64,000 nucleotides of DNA, from contig NC_092674.1 of assembly GCF_964355755.1 (NCBI RefSeq), forward strand, positions 9,982,001-10,046,000. The letters are read 5' to 3'. Source of the DNA: Antedon mediterranea. Taxonomy: Eukaryota; Animalia; Echinodermata. The stretch's first letter is position 1; each line of letters opens with the position of its first letter. The translations under genes and the position numbers were made by a program. The notes beneath the pieces are model-generated. The model saw only the letters and a program-made list of their open reading frames with translations. It did no database searches and was not told where the DNA came from. Shown here piece after piece: positions 1 through 11,350 of the stretch.

Positions 1-239
1 CCATGTCCACCAAAGTGACACATGTTTATTATAAAAGCTAAAGAAATTGTTTTGTCAACCACTGCCCTATTTATCATTTTGTTTCTATCCTCTTGTTTAT
101 AATAACTTTACTTTAAAAAAAAGTTTTCACATGTCTTTCTTTATTTTGTCAGATGTGATGAAAATTTAATTTTTTTTTATCGAGTTAAAATCACAGAGTT
201 TATATAATTAATTAACGAATAATTCCAGTGTAATCATAT

Positions 240-473
240 TAAAAAGTGATGGATGGAGAGAGGACCACAGAATATGGCTTCATCACAGTGGCCAATCAGC
301 GAGCCGTGCTGCAAGATTCACTCTCAGTAGATATGAACGTACAGCCAGTGTCAGTGCCATGCTCCACGAACTATCTTATTACTATGTTTTCATTTATGTA
401 CACACCTATAATTATATTATACTGTATAATGCCATTGTTGAATAAATAAATGTTTTTTGAACTTGAACTTGAA
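240..473 (+). mobile_element. Probable 3' end of a non-LTR retroelement (left boundary uncertain)
   Basis: AATAAATAAA followed by a (TTGAAC)n tail at 441-473, the tail style of CR1/L2-clade LINEs and their SINEs. Confidence 0.4.
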
Positions 474-828
474 CCCTGGCTGAAAGACGTCAACTCTCAA
501 GACTATCAATGTTCTACAAGATACACAACAACCTTGTTGCAATTGATATGGACAAATACTTAAGCTCCAAAAACCTCACTGCCCCCTCTCGCACAGAAAA
601 CAGAAAATAATATTCCACGCTCAAGTCGGGACTATCATTGGATGTCCTCCTTTCCCAGAACGTCAAGAGATTGGAACATCCTAGCAGAATCAACTGTAAA
701 GGCACCAACTTTTAAATCATTTAAGGGGGTTCTTTACGAAAACTAACTCACTCGCACCACATCCCACCAAAGTGCTATAGTCTTCAAGTCTGAAGTTTGC
801 ACTAAATTGGAAGAAGAAGGAGAAGAAG
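474..828 (+). mobile_element. Degenerate 3' fragment of a CR1/L2-type LINE (ORF2 C-terminus plus tail)
   Basis: Translates to LAERRQLSRLSMFYKIHNNLVAID...SFPRTSRDWNIL with a stop or frameshift in between. This matches the conserved CR1/L2 ORF2 C-terminal pattern. Ends in a (GAA)n tail at ~810-828. Confidence 0.75.
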
Positions 829-1360
829 TCAATTCCCTAATAGTTATGTACCACTATGAGTCTATGACTGTGTTGCAGCATGTTGAGCGTATCAATGCAA
901 GAATTTATTTGTATGCATAAATTAAAGAAGTTTTAAATAAACAAACATTTATTTTTAGTGGCATTTATTAATTTTAAAACATAATATTTTTTAAAGGCGG
1001 ACATGTTCAGAAGTAACTGCAAACATGCTGATCGCTACCACTAAAAATTAACATTCATAACAATACTTTACACAATGTGACCTGAAAAATCCCTGAAAAT
1101 GTTGAACGTGCTATTTAACCAAATATAGTACGCAGCACAGATTTCACTCTGCAAACCAGTGTATCACACACTTAAAACGTTAACTTATACAGTTACTGAA
1201 ATTACTCGTACATTTAAAAGCTATCGTTAACAAGTATGTCGGTAAAGGAGAATGTTACGAGACGATTTGTAAGACAATGTACAGTAGATAACACTTCGTT
1301 TAAAAGCTTTTTTGTCTTTCAATTCATAAATCAACTTCTTCATTACTCTTCCTGTTTCAG

Positions 1361-1456
1361 GATGAAATTCTAAACGTGATTCGCCGAGTCGATGACAATT
1401 GGGTTGAGGGGAAGAAAGGCGATAAGATCGGTATATTTCCAATTTCGTTTGTAGAG
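1361..1456 (+). CDS. SH3RF1: POSH exon, second half of SH3 domain 2
   Basis: tttcag|[32 protein letters not shown]|gtaaac. Confidence 0.92.
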
Positions 1457-4400
1457 GTAAACTAATCTTTTTATTTTGTTTAGAATACAGTACTTCTAAA
1501 GCTCTGTCTACACTATCAAACTAGTTTGACAAAAAAAAGTGCGATGTGCCCAAATATGGTAGTGATATGCCTAAATATGGTAGTGATAGGACATCATCAT
1601 GTCCATATATGGAAACATCACATTTTTTGTTGCATAAAGTTTGATAGTGTACACGGAGCTTTAGGTTAAATACTATTCATTTAATTAAATTCAATTCAAT
1701 CAGTAAATAACTGTACTATAAAATGAAGAATATAGGCCCATTTCCAATATTTTTTAGGTCATTAGACCACCAATCCTAACTAATCATAATCTATTCCTTA
1801 AATTTGGCAAAAGTTCTAAAAGTTATTGAATAGACATAGGTACCTTGGCATTGCATTGAATGCTACTTCTTTTCTATAGTCCAGATATGAAAATGATACT
1901 AATTGGCCTTTCGTTAAAGTGATAAGTGATTCTAATAGGAGACCAGAAGTCTACAGACCATTGATACCCATAGGTCTTTTAACCTCTAATTTGTAACATC
2001 CCTCTATTAAGGGGACAAAAAATTCCAGCGAAACGAATGGAGGGAAATATTTAACACTATGGCTAACCCCAATTCAGGAGGCACCCCTATTAAGGGGACA
2101 CTTTGTTGGGTCTCAAAGGTGTCCCCTTAATAGGGATTCTAAAATATTGACGTGAATATAATCCATTTTTTTTTAGTTTCCTTTTTATGTCATATCCTAA
2201 AATATATTTTTATAAAGCTTCTGTGGGAAAAATTTGCAATTCATTTTTGTAAACATTTTCAATGTTAATCTTTGTCCTGTTCCAAGAAATCTGGGCGAAG
2301 CTTGTTGATTCCATTGTACAATGATGTCATTGAACTTTGTTAGGATAACGTTTTCCTTCTTGTTTGCGTTCCTAGATGAATTCAACAGCCAAAAGTTTAA
2401 TTGGTCAAACATGGACACGCAAATCCACAACAGAATCTGGCAGTGGGAGTGCAGCCAGTAACGGTAATGGCAGCTTACAGAATGGAGGTGCTACTGCTGA
2501 GGTCACTAGGAGGTAATATTTGTTTTTATTTTATTATTCACCCCTTTCTCCTTCACAAGGAGGTAATATTTATTTTTATTATTCACCCCTTACTATTTCA
2601 CAAGTAGGTAATATTGTACTTTATTATTTTCCCCCTTTTTATTTCACAAGGAGGTAATATTGTTTTATTATTTTCCCCCCTTTCTATTTCACAAGGAGGT
2701 AATATTATTTTTATTTTCCCCTTTTTTCTCAAGAAGACAATTTATTCTTTTTATTACTTATCCCATCACATGGAGCTAATATTCTTTTCATCATTTACAA
2801 TGACGCCGTTTCTCTTCTCCAACTTGTATTACTGTATGTAGCTACTAGTTCATACAGTTAACATTTAAAATGTTTTTTTTTATTGATTGCTATACCGTTA
2901 TAGTACGGTAGGCCAAATTATGTTAATGATGTTTTGGGCATGTGTCCAGATCCTATCGGATTCAATGTGTTTTCTCGTGGCCACAGCACTCTTCTATCCA
3001 GGACTTCTTTTAAAGTTTTGTTGTTATTGCGTTTCAAGTAAATGTGATTATACTGTACTTGAACCATGAAACAAAGTAACCGCCTATTTTTTTGTTTTAT
3101 GCTCTGAGATGACATTTTAGCACAAATAGATTTATATTGTTGTAAATTTTGTTATTTATTTGTTAAATACTAAAACTTTATTTTAATGTGAAGTGAATTG
3201 TTTTGATAGTAATTAATTATACATTATTTTTTAAATGATGTGTATTATTAAATGTTCAATTTAAATTTAAATTTCTTATTTTTTAAACTATATCAATTGA
3301 CTTGAAAGTAATTTAATTTAGCCTCTAGTTAGTCTGTCTAGGTATTGTGTAAATACTGTACTTAAGTTTGTATACTCTCAATTACTTGTCTATATCTATT
3401 CCTGTTGTTCTTTGCAATTTTACAAACCCAGACAAAATAAATGAATTAAAAAAATATTCTCGGATCGAGGTTAGCAAAACGAGGACCGTGTTCTACAAAG
3501 GTTATGCTTATAATGGGAATACTTTGCTAAGTTCATTTTGACGCTCCGTTGCATATTAAACGCATTTACAGCAGGTCTATTTTGCGCAGAAATTTAGATG
3601 TGTTATATATGCTAAAATTATTTTACCAGTTTAAAGGCAAATGTTTTGTAGGAGCAGTCATTAGTATTATTGTTTTTGTATCATCAAAACAAATATAAAA
3701 TTTTGCTTCTTATTGTTAATATGACAGTTACAGTATAAATAACATTTGAAAATACTTCACTATAAATTCTTGGGCTTTGGGAAATTCATCCTGTTCCATT
3801 TGCATAATGAGTTATCGGTGGGGATACTGTAGATAGAGAGAGAGTTTTTGCCCAAGGAATAACAATATAGTATACTGTGAATCCCTATTATAAGGGAAAA
3901 CCTGAAGTAAGTTGGTTAGTATTAAAACATACTTCCCCTTGTACGTTTCACAAGAAATGTGTCCCCTGACTAGGGGTTTCCGGCGGCTAAATAGTATTAT
4001 TATAAAAAAAAGGTTGAAATACTGCATGCAAACAGGTATACAGGTGTCTTAATTTTAAATGTTAAATTTGCTTAAATTTTTTTTTATATAATATTGATTT
4101 AAATTATGTAACTAATTTGAGTATTTGAATAAACTAAAATTTAAAGTAGATCAACTGTTGAAAGTAAAAAACATTAATTGTCTCAGGTAAAAAAATAATC
4201 ATGATACAATGCATTTGAAAGCTGGTGCAATGTCTGCAAAATAGGACAGTTAGCATAGATGTACTGTTTATGAGGTACTTAATAGCCATTATGATTGCTC
4301 ATTGTAAAGGGGACATTCACAACTGTGTAGAAAACTAGCACCTTACATTTACAATTGGATCGTTACGCTATGTTACTATCACCCCAAAAACGGCGAATCT

Positions 4401-7400
4401 CATTGCTGTTTTCGAAATGTGTTCTATTTTTTTATGGCCATATTGTCTGGAAATGTTATGGGCTGTTTGGTATTATAGATAATGGTTTAAGTTTATGTAC
4501 AATTTGTTTTAAAATGTACTGGTTATTTTGTGTGTATGCTGATTACGTATTGAATGAATTCTTTATAGAAGTAGGATGGCAGACAGAGATGTTTGCACAT
4601 AAAGCTTAGGATGTTAAAGTTAAGTCTTCTGGACATTCGTTGACTTGCTGATTGACCTTAGGAATATACTGCTTTTTAACTTTAATTGAGAATCAAATTG
4701 TAATGGTCAAACCAAACATACTGTAATTTTAGTTTTTTTTATGACCTTCGATAAAACCATGCCTTGATTAGATTGCATTTTAAGATGAGTTGTAAATTGG
4801 AAGAAAGGGGAGGTGGATGTTGGTTATGAACAAGAACACTAAATCCCCTTTCCTCTCCCACATGTACAGGCCTGGTTTTGTAATGTGTAAAACAGTAGCA
4901 AATTTTATGCCATATTTTTAATGTACAGTGACTATATTGATTACCTTTTAAAACAAATTGGTGCGTATTTAAAAATTGATACTGTATTATTGAAAAGTTA
5001 TCTAGGGTGGTTTTTATGCTTTTTTTAGAATGGGGAGGTAGGTGTTGTTCATGAAAAAGAGGACTAAATCCCCTTTCCTCTCCTAAATGTACAGGCCTGG
5101 TTTTGTAATGTGTTTCAATGTTCTCTGTGCTATGCACATCATTTCTTCCTCATTAAAATAACATACTGCCTTTATTCTTAGTATGTTATTACAGTGTATT
5201 TATAGAAGATAATGTATCTAAATAGTCTTTGGTAATCTACCATATTTATTTTCAGCTTTGAATTACATGGCTTTTGAAATGTTAGTCAGCTAATATACAT
5301 ATGATAGTTAATACTTTAAGTAGATAAAAAAATGTTAAATAACTTCTTGTAGATTCCATTACAGTGTAATGATCAGTTCGGCAATTTCTGCAATTATGGT
5401 GATCTTGCTCATATTAGAATAGTGTACACTCCTGTATGTAGTGTACAGACTTTGCAATAAAATCTTCTATAATTCCATGCATCATTTATAATTATTTTTC
5501 TCTTTTTCAGACGTGAGAAAACGCAGAAGCGACATTCATTCGGTGCCATCTTAAGTTCGCAGAACAAGTCGCATCGAGATAACCATCATCGTCACTCGAT
5601 GGAAATAGGATCACCCGTGCTACTGAGCTCCAGTAACCCGACTGCAGCAACTCTTATCGACCCTCCTGGACTTGTGTCTTCTATGGGAGCAACAGCGAGT
5701 AGTATATCAACGACCGCAACTAGTTCCAGGAAACCTCAAGCATTACCAACAAATTCTTCTGTACGTCAATTGAATTTATTTTTGTATTGTATTTTAAAAA
5801 TTATAACTACATTTGTTTACTCTTTAACCTGTTTATGCAATTGTTCAGATGCCTTTGTTAGGTAATCATTTTTATTGCAATGACTGCCTCATAAATATAT
5901 ACATTGTAACAAATTAAAATTATATGTTCTTGCAGTAAAAATGTGGAGTTAATGCAGTAACTTCAATATAGATTAATGTTGGAATGATCCCTTAATGTAA
6001 AAACTGATTGTTTGATATATAGCAATAACAATATTTGCCATATATTAGATAAAATAATTTTAAACAGAAGAATTATATATTTGAATTTCTTCCTTTAATT
6101 CGTCAACATCTTTATTCGTAATTTGAACCCACATTACATTAAAAAACATAATAAATTTTCTGATTGGCATGAGTTTTGTCATGTAAAAGATGACTTATAT
6201 TAACTGTGTGAATTTTATTTTCATCTTATAGATTCCAGTTTCTATAGTAACTATGATGCACACACCAAACTCACCAACACTAATGACTGCTGGGACTGCA
6301 GCAGCAGCTGCTGCTCTCAACGGCAATAGGCACTTGAGTGACCAGCCATTTGCAAAATCTCAAGTGGAGGTGTAAGTTTTTTTTGTGAATTAGCATACGG
6401 TTTTTCAAGCTCCGTATACACTATCAAACTAGTTTGACAAAAAAAATTGCGACATGCCCAAATATGGTAGTGATATATACATCATCGTGTCCATATATGG
6501 GCACATCACATTTTTTTGTCACATAAAGTTTGATAGTGTAGACAGATCTTTAGACAATGATGATTCAGAAAATCATCAACACTTTGAAGAGGAGTCATAT
6601 TCACATTGGTTTATGTGAGAGAAATGTATTATACAACATTTACCAAAGAGAGTATATAATTTAACTAGAGGGTCAACTCCCCAATGTAAAAGCCAGTCAC
6701 TGTTTGGAGGAACCACTACCCCTTTGTTGCAGCTTGATATGATCCTCATGCAGAAAAAAAAAGACCTAAATAAATTAATGTCCTGCTCGTATCACTACTG
6801 TAACACTGTCGCCTAACAAATATTCAAATGTCTCAATCTATAGGTACACAGCTGTTTTCTCGTATAAACCTCAAAACCCAGATGAGTTAGAACTTCATAA
6901 AGGTGAATTTTATACTGTCAATGAAAAGTGTCGGGATGGATGGTACAAAGGTCTATCTATCAAAACTGGGCGTATGGGCGTGTTTCCTGGAAATTACGTA
7001 CAAATGTACAAGTAAGTAGAAAAGAAGATAGGTATACAGTAGGATTCCATATAAGAGGACACATGTCTCCTTAAAGTACCCCTGTATAGGGGATGTAGTG
7101 TTTCACCTAGTTTCACTAATAGGGGACCTCCACCGGATATGATCTACTGTATATAATTATTATCGTATATCCTCGGGTATAATCCCACTTCGGGTCTAAT
7201 CCTAGGCATAACCCCAGATATAGTCCCAGTGTTAACTCTTAGTCTGGATGTGGGCCTCTTTCTAGCCAGGTCATTGAGTTTTTACAAGAAATGCTTACCG
7301 TGATAATTTTTTTCCTTAATCAGGGTTTCCCCGCCCGATTCCCAGTGCTGTATCTCCACATAATATCTATTTCCCAGGTATCATAGGAATATTTGGTAAT

Positions 7401-10400
7401 ACAGCATCACATGTGGTATCTGTATTATGTAAGATTAGGTTAAGAATTAGGTTACTATTAGATACATGTGAAACACATGTGATGTTGTATTACCAAGTAT
7501 TCCTATGATACTTCAGAAATAGATTCAGTACCAAGAATCGACTTGTTTCCCCGGGTAGTCCCACCTCCAAAGTCTTTTTGCGTTCTTATTCCTGAACCAA
7601 TTCTTGTATTGTCTAAAAAACAAATAGCATATTTTAAAATTAAATATAACAGTGTTCTACCTGATACAATATTGTGTATAACATATAAAACTTCAATAAG
7701 AAAATAAATTTAGAAATGTTAAATTTTCATATTTTTCTACTACTATGAACTATGAATTATAGAAATTTAAAATTATTCTATTTGTAAATTTCTGTCTCTC
7801 ATAAATCTTAGAGCAAGTTTTATTTTGTCTCTGAAATAAATTTTTATTGCATAGTACTTCGAACCATATGGTAGGTCATCATCTGGTAATGTCTCTCTTT
7901 ATGTTTTAAAAAGTAGAACATGGTAAAGAATTGAATATGATTTTGAGACGGACAGGAAAAATCGGATAAACACTATAGACTTAACTAAATTTGAAATACC
8001 GTAAACCTTATTTTTAGGTTATATTATTTAGGGGACACCTTCCCATGAAATACCAGATGGTCAAATGACGAGACCCAATTGATTCAGGGGACACTCTTAT
8101 TAAGGAGACACTTTCTCATGAAAAAAACTAGGAAAGTATTATGTTTTACCATATGCAAACCTCTATTCAAGGGACACTAGTTTGTAGGTTCTACTGTACA
8201 AGATGAGAACGCTTACTAGTAAAGTTCTATTCATATTTTGCAATTAATTTTCATAAATGATTGATAATTGTTTTTCAGATATGATAAACCTCGTAGATCA
8301 TCAGCAAGTAACACATCTGAAATGAATTCAAATTCCCCAATACCAGTAACTATGGCAACTGTTGTAACGTCTACTGCCACAACCGGTGCCACTTCAATTG
8401 CGCAATCACAACTTGTCACCTCTGTAGCAAACCAATCAGGTGCTAATTTACATATACGAAATACAGGTGTCAGTTCAACAGCTTGCCAAACAATGTCTAT
8501 ATCACAACCAGGTAAAACAGGTGGCCAAGGAATAACAGGTGTCATTTCTGGAAATCCAATTGCGCATCCAGTACTAGAAACCAGAATACAATCTCTTCCA
8601 TCCCATGATGCATCCAAAGTGATTGACTCTCGTACCCAAGCATCAAATCAAAAATTGATATCACAGTCTGAGCGTGCTCAACAGAAACATTCAGCACCTG
8701 GAAATGTTCCATCTCCGGTTGCTAGGCAATCTGTAAACAATTCACCACGTAATTCACCACCTGTGAATCATGCAGTGAAAACAGCTGCAAGCACTCAAAC
8801 AGGTGCACATAGAATGTCAGTACGGACACAACAACCAGTGAGACCAAAACAACCATCTGCTACTTACAGACACGGTTCAGCAAGTCCACCAAATGTGCCA
8901 ATGCAGCCTGCGCAAAATGCTAGATTTGAAAATCAATGTACACAAGGAAATGTTAGTCCTGTTCACACACAGTCAAATGGGAATGTATCAACGCAGTCAA
9001 TGGGAGCAAATGTAAAAATGCGTTCACACAATAAAGTGTGTGTAAATTCACAAACTCAAACTACAACCACTAAAGTGCCAAATAGTGCCATGAATCGTAT
9101 ACAAAATGTACAAAGAACTACTTCGGACCCAGCTAAAGAGGTCCGAAGCAGTTCACCGGGAGCGAGTCCAATGCGTCGTCGGTCAACATCAGCCGGTGCT
9201 AACGACCGACATGCATTACTTCAACCTGGTGCATCTGTAAATAATCAAAGTTCAACTCAATGTGATCGACCTCGTTCACCTCATATTTCGGAAGAACCAC
9301 AACAACCAACTCCGCCAACTAATTACGGACTAAATGTATCACCACATAAAAGTCGTAGACACAGTGAAGGTGAACAAGATAAAAAGCTATCAGTACATAA
9401 ACCTACCAGTCACACTCCACCCCCTGGGTACACACCACCTCCAACGTGTTCCCCACCTGGTTCTCCGCCTCCAGCATATTCTGCAACACCAATGTACTCT
9501 GAATTTGTTCCAAAACCGGTGTATCAAACTGGGCCTGATGGTCTACTGGCTGTGATGGATCCACCGATTACACCTCCAAATAGGACCGTAGCTGATTATG
9601 ATGTCTTCTTTCCAAGTTCAAATGCAGGTGGTTCACCAAAGAATGAAAAGGTATTGTGTTGCTTTTTTATCTTTAATTATTGACCCTCTTGTCTTCCTAA
9701 TGATAATGGGAGCTTTCTATTTCCAACAACCTACAACCTACGTATATTGGCGGGTCATCACCAGGTCCTATTATCCTAGAAAACTATGTCAAAGAATCGA
9801 GAGAGGAAGCCCTGTATGTGCACAATGAATTAACATTAGTGTAAACAGTTCTAAATCCTGCACTGACACAAATAGAAAACTTACTAGTGAAAGAGTCATA
9901 GTATGAAGGTCCAAGACCCAAAAAAAAAAAATCTGTTTTGGAAGTGAAATGCAAAGATTTATAAGCAATTCTGTTCTGATAAAATAAATATTATACTTGT
10001 TCTCTCTTGCAGAAAGAACGTAAGGAAAAAGAACGCTCATCTAGCTTTATGCGCAAATTACGCAAAAGATCAAAATCACCACCAGATGAAAATACACATG
10101 TCAGAACTTCATCATTACCGATTGATGAACAGGCATCTCATGGTGGCAGTAGTCATCATAAATCCAAATCAATGGACAGTACTAGTCGACCCGAAACTGA
10201 GAACGGCACGTCAAATGGAGCGGAACGAAGAGAAAAACCTACAAAAACCCCACCGCTACTCAGAGCTATGTAAGTATTTTCATCATATAATTTATTCTGT
10301 TTTTCAATTTTAGTTAATAGTCGATCCAGACCGCCAATATTTGCACAAAATGATTATTAAAGTTGGAATTCATTTAAACTTGTTTAGCGTGTTACTCTCC

Positions 10401-11160
10401 CGAGTGTTGGAACACACAGACGTGAAGTGTTGCAAGAAGTATCACCGCGTACATATTTTGTTCACAAACTTTGATGATGATGAAGTTGTTGAGCTCAGTT
10501 ATCTTAACTGTGTCGACATAAAGCCTGATTACCCCCTTTCCCTGTTTGAATTTAACAGTAATTATTTCCACATCACCCAACCTGCAAATTGTTTTGTTCC
10601 ATTTTTAGCTACTGTATCCAAAGTTTGAAATTGTTAAAATTGAATTGTCTACACATTAAGCTGTTGGTGATAGATATAAAAGTGTCCTAATAAATCATTT
10701 ATGCACACAATTTAATCTCTTTGAAAAATATCTGCGGAAAAAAGTCACTATATATATTATTGAAGTAATAAATCAAATATGTGATAATATGTTATTCAAA
10801 GACACTCATGCTGTCGACAGCTTTAAAACATACAAATCCAGATGATGAATTTTTGTTATGTTTTTTTATTTTTATTAAACTAAATTTGGAGTTGTTGCAT
10901 TTTCACCACTATTATGATACATTATGTGCTTTTGTAAATTTGAAATTATATAGATTTTGATTACAAGTTATTTGATTTTTTTCAGATATAAAGCAGTGGT
11001 ACCATATCCAGCCAACAGCGATGCCGAATTAAGCCTGAAAATTGGAGATGTTGTATACGTACATAAGAAGCGTGACGACGGTTGGTTCAAAGGAACTTTG
11101 AAGAGTTCAGGTCGATCTGGCTTGTTTCCTGGATCTTTTGTAGAACTGTGTACATCGTAA
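1361..11160 (+). CDS. SH3RF1: POSH / SH3RF1-SH3RF3-like E3 ubiquitin ligase scaffold, 3' part (RING and first SH3 lie upstream of the window)
   Basis: Eight GT-AG exons with consistent phases: 1361-1456, 2376-2512, 5511-5760, 6232-6371, 6844-7011, 8279-9650, 10013-10269, 10986-11160. They encode three SH3 domains (the first one partial) and the POSH-like linker motifs KRHSF and [20 protein letters not shown]. Confidence 0.92.
1499..1661. mobile_element. Small MITE (second copy at 6407-6551)
   Basis: Terminal inverted repeat AAGCTCTGTCTACACTATCAAACT ... AGTTTGATAGTGTACACGGAGCTT. A similar copy lies in another POSH intron. Confidence 0.8.
2376..2512 (+). CDS. SH3RF1: POSH exon, linker after SH3-2
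   Basis: cctag|[16 protein letters not shown]...EVTR-R|gtaata, phase 0 to phase 2. Confidence 0.85.
2506..2735 (+). repeat. ~45-bp tandem repeat (about 5 copies) that includes the exon splice donor
   Basis: Repeated AAGGAGGTAATATT...TTATT...CCCC...TTTCAC units start at the real donor at 2513. Confidence 0.75.
5511..5760 (+). CDS. SH3RF1: POSH exon, conserved KRHSF / RHSMEI linker
   Basis: tttcag|[14 protein letters not shown]...[20 protein letters not shown]...PTNSS|gtacgt. Confidence 0.9.
6232..6371 (+). CDS. SH3RF1: POSH exon
   Basis: ttatag|[15 protein letters not shown]...KSQVE-V|gtaagt, phase compatible with both neighbours. Confidence 0.8.
6407..6551. mobile_element. MITE, same family as 1499-1661
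   Basis: Same TACACTATCAAACT ... AGTTTGATAGTGTA inverted repeat and similar internal sequence. Confidence 0.8.
6844..7011 (+). CDS. SH3RF1: POSH exon, SH3 domain 3
   Basis: [53 protein letters not shown] between AG and GTAAGT. Confidence 0.93.
7366..7523. mobile_element. Palindromic MITE-like element
   Basis: ~50-bp imperfect inverted repeat: TCATAGGAATATTTGGTAATACAGCATCACATGTG versus CACATGTGATGTTGTATTACCAAGTATTCCTATGA. Confidence 0.65.
8279..9650 (+). CDS. SH3RF1: POSH large exon, S/T/P/Q-rich disordered linker
   Basis: Lies inside the 471-aa ORF. Acceptor tttcag ends at 8278, donor AAG|gtattg starts at 9651, and phases match the neighbouring exons. Confidence 0.88.
10013..10269 (+). CDS. 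SH3RF1: POSH exon, basic [16 protein letters not shown] segment
   Basis: ttgcag acceptor, AT|gtaagt donor, open frame. Confidence 0.88.
10986..11160 (+). CDS. SH3RF1: POSH last exon, SH3 domain 4 and stop
   Basis: [57 protein letters not shown]. Confidence 0.93.
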
Positions 11161-11235
11161 TTAAGGGCGTATTTAAAATTCCAGAGCAGTGACGGTTCAG
11201 ATGATATTAAAACCTTGAATTCCAGTATCTATGTT

Positions 11236-11350
11236 TTATACTGCAGTAGTAAATGCTAAAAGCCTGTTCACACATTTATACTGCAGTAGTAAATGCTAAA
11301 AGCCTGTTCACACATTTATACTGCAGTAGTAAAAGCTAAAGGCCTGTTCA
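11236..11350. repeat. 40-bp tandem repeat (about 2.7 copies) in the POSH 3' UTR
   Basis: CTGCAGTAGTAAA at 11241, 11281 and 11321. Confidence 0.85.

Noticed and set aside
4739-5137. 132-aa minus-strand ORF with an internal repeat (HYKTRPVH...GEERGFS)
   Set aside because: Reflects a ~90-bp local duplication (about 4805-4890 and 5030-5115) in a POSH intron. No recognisable domain.
8231-8617. 128-aa minus-strand ORF
   Set aside because: Antisense to the large POSH exon, with no independent support.
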